Shown here: piece after piece, positions 59,623 to 64,000 of the stretch
Layout: each line of letters starts with the position of its first letter
How positions within the stretch are numbered: position 1 is the first letter of the stretch
From: Diplonema japonicum
Taxonomy: Eukaryota; Protista; Euglenozoa: Diplonemea
Assembly: GCA_964019335.1 (NCBI GenBank)
Contig: OZ025687.1
Coordinates: forward strand, 186,001 to 250,000
Reading direction: 5' to 3'
DNA: 64,000 nt
Translations under genes and position numbers: made by a program
The notes under the pieces: model-generated
Told to the model about the DNA's origin: nothing
Database searches by the model: none
Seen by the model: the letters and a program-made list of their open reading frames with translations, nothing else

Positions 59623-62507
59623 TCAAAAGGATGGCGGTGTTGGATCCTTGCTGGCCTGGTTTGGAGGTGTTGAGGGAGGTGTGGAAGATGGTTGAGGCTT
59701 GACACTGGCCATCTCGGACTTAAGGCTCATGTCTTCTTTTTGGGGAGATTTCTCGCCACCGTTAGTCTCTGTTAGCAAGAAGTTGACCCACATATCAGAC
59801 AGAGAGGGGCCCGCAGTGCTCTTCTGAGGTGTAAGTCGTCCCCACCAGGTGCCCGAGTTTTCTGTGCTCTGGGGGAAGACACCAGCTTGGCGCTTGTCCT
59901 CGTCGGTCCAGTTCAAGGCGCTGCCCATGACGGTCAGGATCTCTGCAACGTCAGCCCTATCTCGCACCACCTGCACGTACTGCAGGATGAGCTTCGTCGC
60001 GACTTCTTTCTCTATCATCAGCTCTTCATTGGTTTTGTACATGGCATCATCGAGCAGCTTCCGCATCTGTGCCAGCTTGTTCTGCAGCGTGGTGATGGAG
60101 GAATTCCGCGTCGCCAGCTCCTTGTTGTTTGCCTTCCGCAACTCGTCCGTCTCGGCCTCCTTCGCCTTCAGCGCCTCCTCTCCCTTCTGTGTCGCGCTGT
60201 GCGCCTTCTCCAAGTCGGCCAGTAGTTTGAACGTTGCTTTCTCGATGTCGGCATCTCGCTCTGCAACAAAATGGTCCAGTACAGACTGCAGGTTTTCGAG
60301 TTTCTGCGTGACGCTGTGCAGCTCGGAGTCCCTTGCATCCTCGTCACTTTTGAGGCCGCACAGACGTTGTGTGAGTGTCTGGATCTCCTCGTCACGTGTG
60401 AGGAGTCGCTGCTCCAGTTCGTCCACTTTGCTGTACGCTTCTGATTCCACTGAAGCAGCATGCGCCTCAGCGTTCCTCACTTTTTCCAGCAGTTCCGCCA
60501 TCTCACGCTCCTCCTCATCGATCCTCGAGTCTTCATGCATCGTCAGCTCTTCACATTTATACCGCTCCACTTGCAGCTGCGCCGTGACCTCTTTCAGTTG
60601 TGTTGTGAGTCTCGAAATGATGTTGCTCGACTCCCCTTCGCTCGCCTTCGCGTTTTCCTCGCAACCCTTGAGTTCTTCGATCTCCTCGTTGGCTTTCAAA
60701 AGAAGCTTCCTTGTTGTCTGCAAGTCCTTGTCTTTTGTCTGGAACTTTGCACGCTGTTTGATGGCTTCTTCTTCCAGGCTCTTTACGGTCTCGTTCTGAG
60801 ACACGATCTTCGTGTGGTACTCTTGGAGTTGTTGGTATTGCTTTTCGAGTTGTTCCCGCCTCTGTTCTGAAGTGGCCGTCACGTCGTCCAGTGTCTTCTG
60901 GCTTGTCTTGTGCCAGTCGTGATACTTCGTAAGGTTCGTCTCGTAGCCTTGCTTCTCCGCTGCACGCGCTGCCTCGATCACCTTGATCTGCTCCTTCAAC
61001 CCCGCGACCTCACTGCGCAGCTCAACCACAGCATCCGTGTCCTTGGGCCCCTCCGCCGCAGCGTCGGGGATCTCGGGCTGGGGATTCGCTTGTGTGCTCG
61101 TCTCCATCGCCTGTATTGTGGGTAGGTTTCAATGAACTTGCCAACACACCTTCAGTTTGTCAGTCAGCTCAGCAATCTGCTGATTGTGCTCTGCCTTGCT
61201 CACAGAGGCTTCCAACTGTGGTGGTCTGAGCGTGTCTCGTTTACACATACCTCTCGCTGCACCATGGCCGTCTCTTCTTGTGCCGCCGCCACCACTGTTT
61301 GCTGTACCTCGAACTCCTGTTGCAGATTCTTCAGTTCCCTTCTGATGCATATGGTCGCTTCAGCGTCGGACTTCAGACTGTTGATCTCATCTCGCAGCAG
61401 CTCCGTATCAACGACACTCTCCTCGAGAGCGCTGATCTCACCGCGCAAGGTGTCCACTAAGGCGGTCTGTGCGTGGTTGGAGGGTGACTACGGTCCATAC
61501 CTCGGCTTGCAGTTGGGAGGCTTGCTGTGAGATCTGCTCCTCGTACTGCGAGATGGCAGCAGCATGCGCAGCAGAGTCAACCTGTGGTTGCTGATCCGGT
61601 GGGCTGCCGGGTACCTCAGACACAGATTCCTGAAGTTTCCTTTCGAGTTCTTGAAGCTGGTTGGCAAGAGGTGCATTCTTCTGCACTTCCTCCTGCAGCT
61701 GCGTCGTGAGCACATCGATCTTCTCTTTCGCATCAAGTAAATGAGCGTTGTTCTCCTTCCCGATGGTGGCCTGTAGTGTCATGGGTTGCGATGGCGAGAT
61801 CCTGTTGGCATACCTCGACTGCGAGCGTGTCCCGCTCTTTGACGATGGCTGTGTGGGCGCTTTGCAGGGTTTCAAACTCTCGCTTCGTGTCTTCAAGCTC
61901 GTCTTTGAGGAGCTCGGCTTCACCTTCGAAGGCCTGCAATTCGGAGACCTTTAAACGAAGCTTGTGTGCTTCCTTGGCTTCTTCCTTGAGACGCGCTGTG
62001 TCGCTGTCGGAAGACTTTAGAACCGCGATCTGTTTTCTTTTATTGGTTTTTTTGTACTGTACACACCTCTGCTTTGAGACTTGGAACTACCTTGAGCTGC
62101 TCTTCGAGCTGCGAAATCTTGTCTTCCAAGAGGTGAGTGGTGGTAGGGGTTGTGGGTTTTGACTGGGATAGATCTGTAATCTGTTGCTCGAGCCCTGTTG
62201 TTGTCTTAGCATGTTGCGCCCGCAACTTGTTCATTGAATCTTCGTGTTCTTTTGTTATGGCTGCGATCCTTTCTTTTGCCTCGCTTTCCAGTTTCCGTCC
62301 TTTCTTTGCCTCTCTGAGTAGCATGTCGAACTGGCTTTTCCTCACGCTCAACACCTCTTCTTCCGCTTCTTCGTCTTCATCTTCACCTTCTCCCTTTTTC
62401 TTTTCTACGCCTGGTTCCTGTCCGTCCTCGAACTCAGGCTGTACTAAGTCTCTGACACCCTCCGACACCGCTCCCAACAAAGCCTTACCATATCCCCATC
62501 CATCCAT
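59623..62507 (-). CDS. GRAB-domain golgin (GMAP-210/Rud3-like)
   Basis: Long coiled coil over about six exons. C-terminal EKEVATKLILQYV...EILTVMGSALNWTDEDKRQAG (GRAB) and SLSDMWVNFLLTE (GA1-like). N-terminal MDGWGYG amphipathic segment. Confidence 0.75.
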
Positions 62508-62822
62508 TCCTTTTACTTTCACCACCGTCCCTCTCCCCCTTTTCTTTGCTTTTTGAGGGTGTGTGTAAGTATTCAAACGGGTATAAAAAAACAAAAGCCG
62601 AGTTTCCCTTTTTTTTTTTTTTTTTTTTCTCTTCCCCCTCTCTTCTTCTTTACTTTCTTCAAAAAAGAACAAGCCAGCAAAACAGGGAGAGGGGCAGGGG
62701 AAAAGAAAAGGTATATCCCCGACGTACGTGTGTATGCACTTTCTTACCTCGTACCCCACCCCACCCAAGTTATTATTTTCACTTTTCTTTTTTTTTTTTT
62801 TCCTTTTCTTTTTCTTTTTTTT

Positions 62823-63503
62823 TTACAGCAAAGGTGTTTGTTCATCATCAGTAACATAGCCTTTTGCCGGTGCTGCGGTGAAATCTCTGACACCGACAAG
62901 CCAAGAGCGTACACACAAAACTGCACCCCGCAGACAGGAGGAAACGAGGGGGACCAAAGCATTCACACAGGAATCGATACAGATAGATATAGAAAGCACG
63001 CATGTCTCGGGACAACACGAGAAAATGATGAACAAGACACCCAACACCATGTTCACCTCTCCAGTCGTCTCGTAGTCGGTGGGGGAAGAGAGGTCAAACG
63101 AGGTACAAGTGTCCTTAACAGTGCAAGGGTACGATTTGTTGGGCTGGAAACCGGGAAGATCGACCCAGCAGTCTCCGGGTTTTTCATGTGGGCCGCACCG
63201 GCACATGGTTATGCCCTTGTCTTGTAACTCTACGAATTCGTCATATAAAAGTGTTTTGTTGCCGCATTTTTTTGGCGCCACGGCGCTGTATCTGAAGGAG
63301 TGGCCCGAGCAGTTTGTGTAATCCGACACGAGACCGCCGCACTCGTAGCTGCAGTTCCTCTTCTCTCTCTTTGTCATTCTGCATAATTCTTCACTTGCCG
63401 TCTTCAGCCTTTCCTCGCCTATGTCATACACAGCTTTCCCAGTTGAAATCAGCACGCAACCAAACAACGCCGCTATCATCCCAATTGCCACCCTCCGCAG
63501 CAT
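62823..63503 (-). CDS. Two-TM membrane protein with Cys-rich extracellular loop
   Basis: Hydrophobic segments near both ends flank a loop with many Cys and N-glycosylation sequons. Confidence 0.65.
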   Translation of the reverse strand: MLRRVAIGMIAALFGCVLISTGKAVYDIGEERLKTASEELCRMTKREKRNCSYECGGLVSDYTNCSGHSFRYSAVAPKKCGNKTLLYDEFVELQDKGITMCRCGPHEKPGDCWVDLPGFQPNKSYPCTVKDTCTSFDLSSPTDYETTGEVNMVLGVLFIIFSCCPETCVLSISICIDSCVNALVPLVSSCLRGAVLCVRSWLVGVRDFTAAPAKGYVTDDEQTPLL

Positions 63504-64000
63504 GGTTATTATTTTTTTTTCTTAATTTTTTTTTTCTTTTTTTGGAAACCAATCAATATATTTTCATTTCCTGCTGTTTTTTTCTTTTAAAAGAAGAAGA
63601 ATGGGCAAAAAAAAAAAAATGGGGGAAGAATGTCTAAAAAAATAAAATCATGGGCTGGTGGGGGGGGGGGGGGGGGGGGGCGTTGACAAAAAAAAAAAGA
63701 AACGTGAAATGAATGAAAATGACTTTTCCTTTTTACACATTTTCAGTTTGCGGTGCTTTTTTCTTCTTTTTTCTTTATGTTTCTTTTGTCGCTTTAAAAC
63801 TTTACTCAAACGGGCAATCGCGGAAGGGGGTCAGAAAGTTATAAAAGAAAAAAATGCCACCATTTCTCAGTTTTTTTTTCTTTTTCAATTCTTCCCGTGC
63901 TCTGAGGGGACAATTAAAAAAGAAAAATTAATACGGCAATAAAAAAATGAGAATATGGTTAAAAAAAAAAAAAAAAAAACTATGAAAAAAATTAAAAACG

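Overview
Eukaryotic nuclear DNA from a flagellated protist, most consistent with a euglenozoan such as a diplonemid (inference). About 24 protein genes lie head-to-tail, all on the minus strand, separated by homopolymer-rich spacers and interrupted by many short (about 32-115 nt) GT-AG introns. Recognisable genes: IFT140, a Pro-rich multi-pass membrane protein, PPCDC, a START protein, two apparently identical GAPDH copies, a PPR protein, an LRR protein, CC2D2A, a FAM166-like protein, a SNF1/CIPK-type kinase, a SOS1/SLC9C-like Na+/H+ exchanger, RPS18, a WD40-polycystin channel fusion, RFC3, a CEP19-like protein, Notchless, an F-box/UBX protein and a GRAB-domain golgin. Mobile DNA: one open but 5'-truncated APE-RT non-LTR retrotransposon, an internally deleted relative, a solo 3' tail, and a nested-palindrome MITE-like element. 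The most striking signal is a 165-195 nt intergenic element present twice (5038-5233, 20222-20386) on the transcribed strand. It carries a complete hammerhead ribozyme core (CUGAAGA, GAAA, GUC) with compensatory changes in stems I and II, but its strands are in a non-cyclic order (the cleavage strand lies inside the stem II loop) that matches none of hammerhead types I-III. All pairings and splice sites were read by eye; no folding or database search was run.
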